From Ruminococcus flavefaciens (lineage in GTDB: Bacteria; Bacillota; Clostridia; Oscillospirales; Ruminococcaceae): a stretch of 64,000 nucleotides of DNA. The position numbers were made by a program, and so were the translations under genes. Positions 1 to 9,819 of this stretch are shown here, one piece after another (within the stretch, counting starts at the first letter, position 1; every line of letters starts with the position of its first letter). The stretch is from the NCBI GenBank assembly GCA_002310115.1, contig DBYI01000102.1:4732-68731 (forward strand). Direction: 5' to 3'. The notes under the pieces were generated by a model. It searched no databases, had not been told where the DNA came from, and was given only the letters and a program-made list of their open reading frames with translations.

Positions 1-177
1 TCCGAAACGCTTTACAGTCCCACCGGCTTCAAGACGGTCAATTGATATCCTCACCTCCGAGGAAAAGCTACATCCGAGAGAATTTTTCCGAGAGGAACTC
101 CCTATTTTGGTGACCGAACAAGCTGTAAGACATAATGCAACAACAGCAGTTAGCACGAATGTAAAAATCCTTTTCAT
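1..177 (-). CDS. Putative lipoprotein, N-terminal part (runs off window start)
   Basis: Not in the ORF track. ATG at 177 with GGAG SD upstream; translates MKRIFTFVLTAVVALCLTAC-SVTK..., a signal peptide II with LTAC lipobox; frame open to position 1. Confidence 0.7.
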   Translation of the reverse strand, partial: MKRIFTFVLTAVVALCLTACSVTKIGSSSRKNSLGCSFSSEVRISIDRLEAGGTVKRFG

Positions 178-230
178 AATACCAGCTCCAATCAAAGTAT
201 CGAAAATTAATTTTCACATCCGACCGCAGT

Positions 231-1937
231 TTATACGGTCATATTATTCTTCTTTTCTCTTAGTAAACCAAAAGCGTCGGGCAGGTTTCCGATGATATCA
301 CGTGGAAGCATAGCATCCATACCCAGCTTTTGAGCCGCAGCATCTCCTGCAAGGCCATGCATATACACTCCTGCACAGGTGCCATCGAATATTCCACACC
401 CTTGTGCAATAGCAGCTCCTATCATACCTGCAAGGACATCTCCGCTACCGCCCACACTCATACCTGCATTACCCGTATGATTTGCAGCTGTGGAATGACT
501 GTCAGCAACAACTGTGCCAGCTCCCTTCAACACAACCGTTATGCCAAACTGTTCCGCGTACTTTTCAGCTGCGATAAGCCTGTTCTCGGCTATCATCTCG
601 GTACTGCAATTAAGCAAACGAGCCATTTCACCCATATGTGGAGTAATAATTATGTCTGTCTGCTTCTTCATTAGAATGTTTATGTCCTTTGCGATGCAAT
701 TTATTCCATCAGCGTCAATTATTACAGGACATTCTGCAGTCTGAGCCACAAATTTCGTAAGCTCTATCGTATCGAGAGTAACCCCTATTCCGCAGCCGAT
801 AACCACAGCATCTGCTTTTTTCATAGCTTCTGCAATTACTTCCTTGCTGCTGTCGTAGAGCATAAAACCATAATCATCACTTTCAAGTTCGATGAACGTA
901 GCCTCAGGAGCAAGCACAGATACCGTATCTATGCACTTTTCCACAGAGGCAAGTCTAACCAGTCCTGCGCCGCTACGAAGAGCTCCGAGAACTGAAAATG
1001 CCGCCGCACCACGCATTGAGGAACTACCTGCAATAACTAGCACATTTCCGAAGCAACCCTTATGAGCATCCCTTTCACGCTTTGGCGGATATGCAGCAAG
1101 GAAATTCCTTTCGATACGGAAATACTTCCTTTCACCGTCCAGTATTTCAAGAGCTGTATTTGGGATTCCTATATCTGCAATAGTCACCTTTCCACAGAAC
1201 TTTTTCAGTGGGAACTGAGACATTCCCGACTTGATAAATCCGAATGTAATAGTCTCATCAGCCTTGAATATGCCTGCCGAAGCTGTTCCTGTAGCGCTGT
1301 TTCCGCCGCTTGGCACATCCACCGCAACACGGTAAGCGCCAGAGCCAATGCCGAATATACCAACAGTGTCCTTATCAAGCTGTCCATGAAAGCCAGTCCC
1401 GAAAACTCCGTCAACAAGCACCTGTGCTCCTACTATTGCGCCCTTGATAAGTCCCATTCTGCGTTTTTCTGCCAAAAGGATGTCATCTAGTGGATTACGA
1501 TCATGACTGTCGTCCGAACCATCACCGCTTCTCGGTTGAATGGTCATATAATCAAGCTCTGCCGCTTCAATAGCAGCTTCAACGTTGCCGCTGCGGAAGC
1601 CTTCAATAAAGTTTATGCGTTCTCTTGGAAGTCTGCTCAGCATTTCCTGAGCGAGAAGAGATTTCGGAAGTCCCCCTATGTGAACAACTGTTATCATGTA
1701 GCCCTTATATACAAGAATATCCGCCGCGGCAAAACAATCACCGCCATTGTTTCCCGTACCTGCAAGGAATACTATAGAGCATTCCTCAGGCGGTAACTTT
1801 GCTTCACTCTGGCAATAACCATCGATAAGATCAGCAAGCTTCCTGCCTGCATTCTCCATGAGCTGTCTCTTGGAAACGCCCAGTTTCTCGGAACGCTCTT
1901 CCAATCTGCTCATTTGCTTTGGTGTAACAATCTGCAT
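231..1937 (-). CDS. nnr: Bifunctional NAD(P)H-hydrate epimerase/dehydratase (YjeF/Nnr)
   Basis: LMENAG, GTGNNGGD, DGVFGTG, VDVPSG in YjeF_N; HKG.FG, GAGLV, DADG, TPH.GE, GGSGDVLAG in the kinase-like domain. Confidence 0.93.
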   Translation of the reverse strand: MQIVTPKQMSRLEERSEKLGVSKRQLMENAGRKLADLIDGYCQSEAKLPPEECSIVFLAGTGNNGGDCFAAADILVYKGYMITVVHIGGLPKSLLAQEMLSRLPRERINFIEGFRSGNVEAAIEAAELDYMTIQPRSGDGSDDSHDRNPLDDILLAEKRRMGLIKGAIVGAQVLVDGVFGTGFHGQLDKDTVGIFGIGSGAYRVAVDVPSGGNSATGTASAGIFKADETITFGFIKSGMSQFPLKKFCGKVTIADIGIPNTALEILDGERKYFRIERNFLAAYPPKRERDAHKGCFGNVLVIAGSSSMRGAAAFSVLGALRSGAGLVRLASVEKCIDTVSVLAPEATFIELESDDYGFMLYDSSKEVIAEAMKKADAVVIGCGIGVTLDTIELTKFVAQTAECPVIIDADGINCIAKDINILMKKQTDIIITPHMGEMARLLNCSTEMIAENRLIAAEKYAEQFGITVVLKGAGTVVADSHSTAANHTGNAGMSVGGSGDVLAGMIGAAIAQGCGIFDGTCAGVYMHGLAGDAAAQKLGMDAMLPRDIIGNLPDAFGLLREKKNNMTV

Positions 1938-1994
1938 ATATACGACCTCCCCTTTTAGCTTTTGACGCTGAAATATATTATTAACTCAGTTTAT

Positions 1995-2516
1995 TCACAT
2001 CTGCTTCGTTCTAAGTTTTGCAGGAAGGAACTTCTTGATATTCTCAAGCATTCTCTCATCAGGAACGAAGATGAGCCTTGCCGCGCCCACAGATTCATCA
2101 GTAAAGTCTGCATAATACTCGTGCGAAGCTATATTGTCTGTTGCCATTATAATTGTCATATCGTCGGTCTCTTCCATACCGTCTTCGTATTTACCGAAAT
2201 CCGTAAACTTCCTGATGTTTGTAGAAAGCATTTCATGGCGCTTCTTCTTGGCAATAATTTTATCTACATCAAGGTCACCGTTGGTAAAAGTATATTCGTA
2301 TTCCACGTAAGTATTCTGCACATAGTAATAAGTTCCGTAACCTGCAACTGCTGAAAGTGCAAATCCTAGTAGCATTATCAACGGACGTCTTGCCAAAATT
2401 GCAAGAAGCAAAAGTGCAATAGTAAATAGGATACCAACTATCAGCATTGCTATCCTTCTTGTCTTATCGGCATTAGTTTCGTTCTTTTTCACGAGCTGTT
2501 CAGCAAAATTATCCAT
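1995..2516 (-). CDS. Conserved membrane protein (two N-terminal TM helices, EYEY...LDVDKII motif; DUF6106-like)
   Basis: ORF with GGAG SD; two hydrophobic stretches followed by the EYEYTFTNGDLDVDKII motif. Confidence 0.7.
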   Translation of the reverse strand: MDNFAEQLVKKNETNADKTRRIAMLIVGILFTIALLLLAILARRPLIMLLGFALSAVAGYGTYYYVQNTYVEYEYTFTNGDLDVDKIIAKKKRHEMLSTNIRKFTDFGKYEDGMEETDDMTIIMATDNIASHEYYADFTDESVGAARLIFVPDERMLENIKKFLPAKLRTKQM

Positions 2517-2665
2517 TTTATATTCTCCGTTTCTATTTTTTGGTCATGTAATTATATGATAACACATTTTCCGTCAGATTGCAACAAATCAGTTCAAAAT
2601 TTTCAATTGCTTCATCTTTTTTTCACAAGTGTATATCCAACACGAAAAAAATTTCAAAAAAGCCC

Positions 2666-2694
2666 TTGATTTTTTCTGAAACCGCGTATATAAT
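2666..2694 (+). promoter_or_regulatory. Sigma-A promoter of pheST
   Basis: TTGATT-17 bp-TATAAT directly upstream of the T-box leader. Confidence 0.75.
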
Positions 2695-2704
2695 AAGTTT
2701 ATAA

Positions 2705-2947
2705 CCCGATGACTGAGAGAGTAAGAATGCAGGAGTTTCTTCAGAGAGGAGCAAAAAGGTGAAAGTGTTCCGTAACGACGCATCCCGAAGTTCACTCACG
2801 AGGGGCGGAACGGAAGCTGCTGTTTTAGCTGTTGTAGGTTACCGACGTAGGTCTGCGTTAAAGGCAAGAGAGTGTCGGCTCTCCTGACAATGGGTGGTAT
2901 AAAAGCAAGGTTTAAGTCTTGTCCTGTTGGACAGGACTTTTTTATTT
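2705..2947 (+). ncRNA. T-box riboswitch (Phe) with terminator
   Basis: AGTA, AGAGA and GGTGAA stem I motifs; specifier TTC (2791-2793) in GAAG-TTC-ACTC; GGGTGGT T-box core at 2892-2898; terminator AAGTCTTGTCC/GGACAGGACTT plus T run; upstream of pheS. Confidence 0.88.
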
Positions 2948-2969
2948 AGTCTCGACACATAACTTTTTC

Positions 2970-3041
2970 ATAGGCTGATGCCCACGTCAGCCTGTACTAT
3001 ATCATTAAGTCTAAAGGAACGATGTGGGCATCGCTCCCTAC
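2970..3041. repeat. Inverted doublet of GTAG-type REP palindromes (REPIN-like)
   Basis: ATAGGCTGATGCCCACGTCAGCCTG (2970-2994, +) and GTAGGGAGCGATGCCCACATCGTTCCT (3015-3041, -): two hairpins sharing a GATGCCCAC core, in inverted orientation. Confidence 0.65.
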
Positions 3042-3067
3042 ACACATAATCATTCTGAGGTGAAACA

Positions 3068-4096
3068 ATGAAAGAACAGCTTGAAAAGATCGAAGCGCTA
3101 GCAAAACAGGAGCTCAATTCCTGCACAGAAATAAAAGCGCTGGACGACCTGAGGATAAAATTCCTCGGAAAAAAAGGAGAGCTCACAGCCATACTCAAAC
3201 AGATGGGTCAGCTCTCTGCAGAAGAAAGGCCCGTTATCGGTCAGCTTGCAAACAAGGTAAGAGCCGATATCGAAGAAGCACTCAGCAGTAAACTCGCTTC
3301 ACTGAAAGCAAACGCACAGGCTGCAAAGCTGGCAGAGGAAAAGATTGACATCACTCTCCCAGGCAAGCACTCTCCTTTCGGCAAACTTCATCCACTTACC
3401 AAGGTAGAAAACGAGATTAGAGAAATATTTATTGGCATGGGATTCAATATCGCCGACGGTCCTGAAATTGACGATGATTATCACGTTTTCGAGGCACTCA
3501 ATCTTCCGCCGGATCACCCTGCAAGAGATACTCAGGATACATTCTATATTGAGGGTACAAACGAATCCGTGCTTCTCCGTACACAGACTTCATCTGTACA
3601 GGTTCACGTTATGGAGAACCAGAAGCCCCCTATCCGTATCATATCACCAGGACGTGTTTTCCGTTCGGACGCAGTTGATGCAACACACTCTCCTCTCTTC
3701 CACCAGATAGAGGGTCTCGTAGTTGATAAGGGAATTACAATGAGCGACCTCAAGGGCACTCTCGAAATGCTTATGAAGAAGCTCTATGGCAACGACTGCA
3801 AGCTTCGTTTCCGTCCTCATCATTTTCCATTTACAGAGCCAAGTTGCGAGGTAGATATCAGCTGTTTCAACTGCGGTGGAAAAGGCTGCTCAATGTGTAA
3901 AGATGAAGGATATATTGAACTCCTCGGTGCAGGTATGGTACACCCCAAGGTACTTGAGAACTGTGGTATTGACAGCAATGAGTACTCGGGTTTCGCATTT
4001 GGTCTTGGACTTGAGCGTATGGTAATGGGTCGCTACGATATAAACGACCTTCGTTTGCTCTATGAGAACGACGTAAGATTCTTAGAGCAATTTTAA
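3068..4096 (+). CDS. pheS: Phenylalanine--tRNA ligase alpha subunit
   Basis: HPARDTQDTF, LLRTQTS, DATHSP.FHQIEG, FPFTEPS, GFAFGLGLER. Confidence 0.98.
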   Translation: MKEQLEKIEALAKQELNSCTEIKALDDLRIKFLGKKGELTAILKQMGQLSAEERPVIGQLANKVRADIEEALSSKLASLKANAQAAKLAEEKIDITLPGKHSPFGKLHPLTKVENEIREIFIGMGFNIADGPEIDDDYHVFEALNLPPDHPARDTQDTFYIEGTNESVLLRTQTSSVQVHVMENQKPPIRIISPGRVFRSDAVDATHSPLFHQIEGLVVDKGITMSDLKGTLEMLMKKLYGNDCKLRFRPHHFPFTEPSCEVDISCFNCGGKGCSMCKDEGYIELLGAGMVHPKVLENCGIDSNEYSGFAFGLGLERMVMGRYDINDLRLLYENDVRFLEQF

Positions 4097-4164
4097 ACAA
4101 TTCATAATGCATCATTTTTCTTCGGAGAAATGTACCGATTATAGATATTGAAAGGAAATAAGAT

Positions 4165-6621
4165 ATGAATTTATCTATGAAATGGCTCGGCGATTACGTA
4201 AAAGCCGATATGCCTATAAAGGATTTCTGCCATGCCCTCACAATGAGCGGATCTAAGGTAGAATGCTACGAAAAAGAGGGAAGCAATATCTCCAACGTAG
4301 TAGTTGGCAAAATACTCTCAAAGGGACCTCATGAAAACGCAGATGCACTCTTCGTATGTCAGGTTGACATCGGCGCAGAAGCCCCCATACAGATAGTTAC
4401 AAACGCCAAAAATGTAAAAGAAGGAGACCTCGTTCCAGTTGCTCTTGATGGAGCTGTTCTACCAGAGGGTAAAATAAAAAAGTGTAAAATGCGCGGTGTT
4501 GAGAGCTTCGGTATGTTCTGCGGTATTGATACTCTCGGACTCACAATTCATGATTTCCCATACGCAGACCCAGAGGGCGTTTTCGTCATTGAAGAGGATT
4601 GCAAGCTTGGTGAGGATATCCACACTGCTATCGGACTTGATGATACTTCGGTGGAATTTGAGATAACATCAAACCGTCCAGACTGCCTTAGTGTTATCGG
4701 TCTTGCAAGAGAAACAGCCGCTACTTATGGCACAGAACTCAATGTTAAGGCTCCTGAGTTCAAGGGTGTTGATGGTGATATCAATGCAATGCTTAAAGTC
4801 GATATCCACAACACAGAAAAGTGTCAGCGCTACTGTGCAGGTATTGTAAGGAACGTAAAGATAGGACCTTCACCAAGATGGATGAGAGAAAGACTCCGTG
4901 CAAGCGGTGTTCGTCCTATTAATAACTTCGTTGATATCACAAACTACGTCATGTTGGAATATGGCCAGCCTATGCACGCTTTCGACCTCAGATACGTTGA
5001 GGGAGCTCATATTAATGTCCGCAATGCTAAGAATGGCGAAAAGATAATGACTCTCGATGGTGTTGAACGTGAGCTCACAGAGGATATGCTTGTTATCGCA
5101 GATGAAAAGAAACCTGTTGCTGTTGCAGGTATCATGGGCGGCGAGTATAGCGGAATCATGACTGATACAACAACTGTAGTATTTGAGTCAGCATACTTTG
5201 AGCCAACACAGGTTAGGCGTACATCTAAAGCTCTTCGCCTTAAGTCTGACGCTTCTTCACGCTACGAAAAGGGCGTTGACAGACTTATCTCCATGACCTG
5301 TCTAAAAAGAGCTTTCCAACTCGTTGAAGAGCTTGGTGCTGGAGAGGTCCTCAACACAGTCATCGACTGTGACTATACCGACAAAACTCCTGCAACTGTT
5401 GATTTCAGTGCTGAATGGATAAACAGTTTCCTTGGAACCGATATCTCCGAGGCTGATATGATAAAGTACCTCGAACGCCTTGATTTCAAGGTTGAGAACG
5501 GAATGGTAATAGCTCCGTCATTCCGTATAGATATTGGCTGCAAGGCTGATATTGCAGAGGAAGTTGCTCGTATCTATGGTTACAACAATATTCCATCAAC
5601 AGATTTCCGCGGTGTAGCAAGAGCAGAGTTCACGGATGAGCAGAAATTCGTCCGCACACTTAGAAACACAGCTGTAGCTCTTGGCGGTTACGAAATTGCC
5701 ACCTACTCATTCGTATCGCCTAAATACTTTGACAAAATAAAGCTTCCTGCCGACAGTAAGCTCCGCAAGGTTGTCAAGATCGTAAATCCTCTTGGCGAGG
5801 ACACCAGCGTTATGAGGACTTCCACTATTCCATCTATGCTAGATGTACTCTCATTCAATTACAACAATCGTAATGAGAAGGCATGTCTATTTGAAATATC
5901 AAAGGAATACATCCCGGCTTCAGAAGAAAAGCCTTTCATAAACGGAGATACTCTTGCAAATAACGGCAAACAAAAGCACCAGTACAGCTATTCTCTCCCT
6001 GATGAACCTCAAAGACTTACAATAGGTATGTACGGTGGCGAATCCGATTTCTACACTCTCAAGGGTATGATAGAACAGATCCTTGCAGAGCTTAAGATAG
6101 ATGACGTTGAGTATGTCCGCGCTAATGACAACGACATTTTCGACGAGAAGTACGCTCTCCACCCAGGCAGAAGTGCAGTTATTCTCAAGGACGAAACTCC
6201 ACTCGGTATCATGGGTGAAGTTCATCCTGAAGTACAGGAAACATACGAGATAGGCGTTAAGACATATGTTGCAAAGCTAAACATTCCAGAGCTTATGTCA
6301 GCTGCAGCTGAGAAGATAACTTATCAGCCTCTGCCGAAATTCCCTGCAACTACTCGTGATCTCAGTCTCCTTGTTGATGAGGATATGCCTGTTGCCGAGC
6401 TTGAAAAGGCTATCAAGAATGCTATCGGAAAGATACTTGAAAAGGTAACACTCTTCGACGTATATCGCAGTGATGATATGAAAAATAACGGTAAAAAGAG
6501 TATTGCTTACTCCATTTCTATGCGTTCACATGAAGGTACGCTCACTGACGAACAGGCAGACGGCGCTATGAAACGTGTACTGAAAGCTCTCAACGCTATC
6601 GGAGCAGAGCTCCGTGGTTAA
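4165..6621 (+). CDS. pheT: Phenylalanine--tRNA ligase beta subunit
   Basis: ITSNRPDCLS, VDITNYVMLEYGQPMHAFD, EEVARIYGY, C-terminal FDX-ACB domain; follows pheS. Confidence 0.98.
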   Translation: MNLSMKWLGDYVKADMPIKDFCHALTMSGSKVECYEKEGSNISNVVVGKILSKGPHENADALFVCQVDIGAEAPIQIVTNAKNVKEGDLVPVALDGAVLPEGKIKKCKMRGVESFGMFCGIDTLGLTIHDFPYADPEGVFVIEEDCKLGEDIHTAIGLDDTSVEFEITSNRPDCLSVIGLARETAATYGTELNVKAPEFKGVDGDINAMLKVDIHNTEKCQRYCAGIVRNVKIGPSPRWMRERLRASGVRPINNFVDITNYVMLEYGQPMHAFDLRYVEGAHINVRNAKNGEKIMTLDGVERELTEDMLVIADEKKPVAVAGIMGGEYSGIMTDTTTVVFESAYFEPTQVRRTSKALRLKSDASSRYEKGVDRLISMTCLKRAFQLVEELGAGEVLNTVIDCDYTDKTPATVDFSAEWINSFLGTDISEADMIKYLERLDFKVENGMVIAPSFRIDIGCKADIAEEVARIYGYNNIPSTDFRGVARAEFTDEQKFVRTLRNTAVALGGYEIATYSFVSPKYFDKIKLPADSKLRKVVKIVNPLGEDTSVMRTSTIPSMLDVLSFNYNNRNEKACLFEISKEYIPASEEKPFINGDTLANNGKQKHQYSYSLPDEPQRLTIGMYGGESDFYTLKGMIEQILAELKIDDVEYVRANDNDIFDEKYALHPGRSAVILKDETPLGIMGEVHPEVQETYEIGVKTYVAKLNIPELMSAAAEKITYQPLPKFPATTRDLSLLVDEDMPVAELEKAIKNAIGKILEKVTLFDVYRSDDMKNNGKKSIAYSISMRSHEGTLTDEQADGAMKRVLKALNAIGAELRG

Positions 6622-6666
6622 TTCCTGGTGTATAACTTCAGAACGAACCAACTAAATCAAATTAAT

Positions 6667-6699
6667 AGGGTTGCCTTTTGTGGGCAACCCTTAATTTTT
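6667..6699 (+). terminator. Intrinsic terminator after pheT
   Basis: AGGGTTGCC/GGCAACCCT hairpin followed by a T-rich tail. Confidence 0.75.
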
Positions 6700-6894
6700 G
6701 CACAATAACGGCACAGTATTTTTTTATACATGATACAAAATTCGAAATGCATATATGATGTAAATGATTCCACGTTTGATTCCTTTAGTTTATATATATT
6801 ATACAGTTGATCTTATATTGCATAGTGATAATAAAAAAGTCCGCAAACAGTCAAAATGCCTGCGGACTACGTTATAATATGTAATTTTCAGAAC

Positions 6895-7905
6895 TCAGAG
6901 AAGTGTGATTCCGTTCTTAGCACACGTCTCAATCATTTCGTCAGACCATATTGAGGACTGTACTTCACCGATATGAGCCTTTTCAAGCAGGAACATGCAA
7001 AGTCTTGACTGACCGATACCACCACCAATTGTAAGAGGCAGCGTGCCGTTAGCTATCATCTGATGATACTTGTACTGCATTCTGTCTTCTGCTCCGCACT
7101 CTGCAAGCTGCTTTTTCAGGGACTCTTCGTCAACACGGATACCCATAGAAGATATTTCAAGTGAATCGTCAAGTACTTCGTCCCAGAAAAGAATATCACC
7201 GTTCAGCGACCAATCATCATAATCAGGAGCTCTTCCATCATGCTTTTGGCCGCTGGCAAGCTTTCCACCTATCCCCATAAGAAATACGGTACCATGCTCC
7301 TTTGTAATAAGGCGCTCACGCTCGTGTCCTGTTTTATCAGGATACTTATCCTCAAGTTCCTGAGTAGTTATAAAGTAAGGCTCATCGCAGACCTTTGCTG
7401 CTAACTGAGGATAGCGGAGACCAACTTTTCTTTTTGTATAGGCAATAGCTTTTACTACTGATTTTACAGTATCCTTAAGGAACTGGATATTTCTCTGCTC
7501 ACGTGTAATGACCTTTTCCCAGTCCCATTGATCAACAAAAATCGAATGAGTATTGTCCGTATCATCATCACGACGGATAGCGTTCATATCAGTATAGATG
7601 CCCTCACCAGCACTATAACCGTAACGATAGAGAGCCATACGCTTCCACTTTGCAAGAGACTGAACCACCTCAGCTTCTGCAGCTATTTCTTTTATGTCGA
7701 AATCTACCTTGCGCTCTACACCGTTAAGGTCATCGTTAATACCGCTGCCCTTCTTAACAATCAGTGGAGCCGATACTCTATCCAGCGTAAGAGCAAACGA
7801 GAGCGCCTGCTGGAATATGTCCTTAATATACTTTATAGCGTGCTGAGTTTCTCTCAGCGTGAGGGCTGACTTGTAGCCCTCAGGAATATACAGCTTTTTT
7901 GACAT
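6895..7905 (-). CDS. asnA: Aspartate--ammonia ligase
   Basis: EVVQSLAKWKR, VDQWDWE, HDGRAPDYDDW, TIGGGIGQSR. Confidence 0.97.
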   Translation of the reverse strand: MSKKLYIPEGYKSALTLRETQHAIKYIKDIFQQALSFALTLDRVSAPLIVKKGSGINDDLNGVERKVDFDIKEIAAEAEVVQSLAKWKRMALYRYGYSAGEGIYTDMNAIRRDDDTDNTHSIFVDQWDWEKVITREQRNIQFLKDTVKSVVKAIAYTKRKVGLRYPQLAAKVCDEPYFITTQELEDKYPDKTGHERERLITKEHGTVFLMGIGGKLASGQKHDGRAPDYDDWSLNGDILFWDEVLDDSLEISSMGIRVDEESLKKQLAECGAEDRMQYKYHQMIANGTLPLTIGGGIGQSRLCMFLLEKAHIGEVQSSIWSDEMIETCAKNGITLL

Positions 7906-8049
7906 GATAGATCACTTTCCTTTACTTGATATTTTTTACAGAGAACAGCGCCATTGATGCTCCCTGTGCTGTACAATTAGTGATTGGTAATAAGTCATTA
8001 TTAATTAATCTAGAACGTCATACACTACTTACCAATATTTGAATTTGAT

Positions 8050-9420
8050 TTAACGTATAGAGCCGACTGTTCTTGGGAAGAGAATAACGTCACGAATATT
8101 TGCCATACCTGTTGTGTACATTATAAGTCTCTCAAAACCAAGACCGAATCCACCGTGAGGTACTGAACCGAACTTTCTAAGGTCGAGGTAGTCACTGTAG
8201 AGATCGAGATTCATCTTTCTCTCATTCATAGCAGCAATGAGCTTCTCATAATCAGCCTCACGCTCGCTACCGCCAATAATCTCGCCAACGCCCGGAACAA
8301 GCAAATCAACAGCAGCAACTGTCTTTCCATCTGGGTTTTGCTTCATGTAGAATGACTTTATCTCCTTCGGATAATCTGTTACAAAAACAGCCTTCTTGAA
8401 TACCTTTTCGGAGAGGTATCTCTCGTGCTCTGTCTGAAGATCACAGCCCCATTCTACAGGATATACAAAGTTCTCACCTGACTTCTTTAGAAGCTCAATA
8501 GCCTCTGTATAGGTTACTCTTGCGAAATCATGAGAGATCAGCTCCTCAAGACGTGCAATAAGTCCCTTTTCAAAATGAGCATCGAAGAACTTCATATCAT
8601 CTGGACATGTGTCAAGAAGCTTGCGGATAACATATTTCAGCATATTTTCAGCTATCTCGATAACGTCATCTAGTTCTGCAAAAGCAACTTCAGGCTCGAT
8701 ATGCCAGAATTCTGCAAGGTGCTTTGGAGTATTTGAATTTTCAGCTCTGAACGAAGGACCAAATGTATATATCTTACCCATAGCCATTGCAGCCATTTCA
8801 CCCTCAAGCTGGCCAGATACTGAAAGTCCTGCCTTCTTGCCAAAGAAGTCATCAGCATAGTACTCTTCCTCATTCTTATAGTCCTTGCTATATCCAATAG
8901 TCGTTACCTGGAACATTTCGCCTGCGCCCTCACAGTCACTGCCAGTGATAAGAGGAGTATTTACATAAACATAATTGTGCTTCTGGAAGTATTCATGTAT
9001 TGCAGCCGCAAGTACCGAACGAACTCGCCATACAGCATTGAATGTATTCGTTCTGCCTCTGAGATGAGGTATAGTACGTAAAAATTCGAGAGTATGACCT
9101 TTCTTCTGAAGCGGATAATCGGTAGGAGCATCACCAAGTACAGTTATTCCTTCCGGAGTAGCGTTTATTTCTACAGTTTCATTTCTGCCCTCAACTGCTG
9201 TACCAGTTATCTTTACGGACATTCCTACTCTTGGCTCCTTGAAATCAGTGTCTCCCTTATCAACTACAACCTGTACGTTTTTGAGTGAAGTACCGTCATT
9301 AACTTCAACAAAGGCAACACTTTTGGAGTTACGTGATGTACGTACCCAGCCGCAAACAGTTACCTCTTTGCCGATATAATCTTTGGTTGTGATGATTTCC
9401 TTGACATCAATGTGCTTCAT
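8050..9420 (-). CDS. asnS: Asparagine--tRNA ligase
   Basis: GWVRT OB fold, DCEGAGEMF, VSGQL, FRAENSNT, EIIGGSERE, PHGGFGLGFER; start moved to MKHID at 9420 on SD spacing. Confidence 0.97.
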   Translation of the reverse strand: MKHIDVKEIITTKDYIGKEVTVCGWVRTSRNSKSVAFVEVNDGTSLKNVQVVVDKGDTDFKEPRVGMSVKITGTAVEGRNETVEINATPEGITVLGDAPTDYPLQKKGHTLEFLRTIPHLRGRTNTFNAVWRVRSVLAAAIHEYFQKHNYVYVNTPLITGSDCEGAGEMFQVTTIGYSKDYKNEEEYYADDFFGKKAGLSVSGQLEGEMAAMAMGKIYTFGPSFRAENSNTPKHLAEFWHIEPEVAFAELDDVIEIAENMLKYVIRKLLDTCPDDMKFFDAHFEKGLIARLEELISHDFARVTYTEAIELLKKSGENFVYPVEWGCDLQTEHERYLSEKVFKKAVFVTDYPKEIKSFYMKQNPDGKTVAAVDLLVPGVGEIIGGSEREADYEKLIAAMNERKMNLDLYSDYLDLRKFGSVPHGGFGLGFERLIMYTTGMANIRDVILFPRTVGSIR

Positions 9421-9470
9421 AATAAACATTTCCTTTCATTATTTAATTCGCACAGGACGAGCAGGAATAC

Positions 9471-9778
9471 AAAAAAGCCCCGTCCTGAAACTACAGGACG
9501 GGGCATAATACCCGTGGTGCCACCTGAATTACCGCAAAAGCGATCACTTTTGAGCCGCTGTAACGTGCGGAATACGTCGCCCCTACTAAAAAGAACTTTT
9601 AATAAACCAGTTTAAATACATCGTCTCTAAATACAATGTCTTTAGACCAGTAAACAAGCCTGAATCCTTTCGGTTTGCTGCTCGGGAGTGTTATTCACAC
9701 AGATTCTGATATGCGGCTCACACCATACCCGCACTCGCTGAGAACGAATTTCTATGCTACTTCTCTCTGTCTTCGCAT
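9471..9778 (-). ncRNA. T-box riboswitch (Asn) with terminator
   Basis: Specifier AAC (9690-9692) in GAAT-AAC-ACTC; canonical AATTCAGGTGGCACCACGG; terminator GCCCCGTCCTG/CAGGACGGGGC plus T6; upstream of asnS-asnA. Confidence 0.93.
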
Positions 9779-9790
9779 TTAATTGTATGT

Positions 9791-9819
9791 ATTATATCAC
9801 TTATATGACATTTTGTCAA
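9791..9819 (-). promoter_or_regulatory. Sigma-A promoter of asnS
   Basis: TTGACA-17 bp-TATAAT on the minus strand. Confidence 0.85.

Noticed and set aside
4096..4116. AATTCATAATGCAT heptamer-like repeat between pheS and pheT
   Set aside because: Only about two units; too short to support a call
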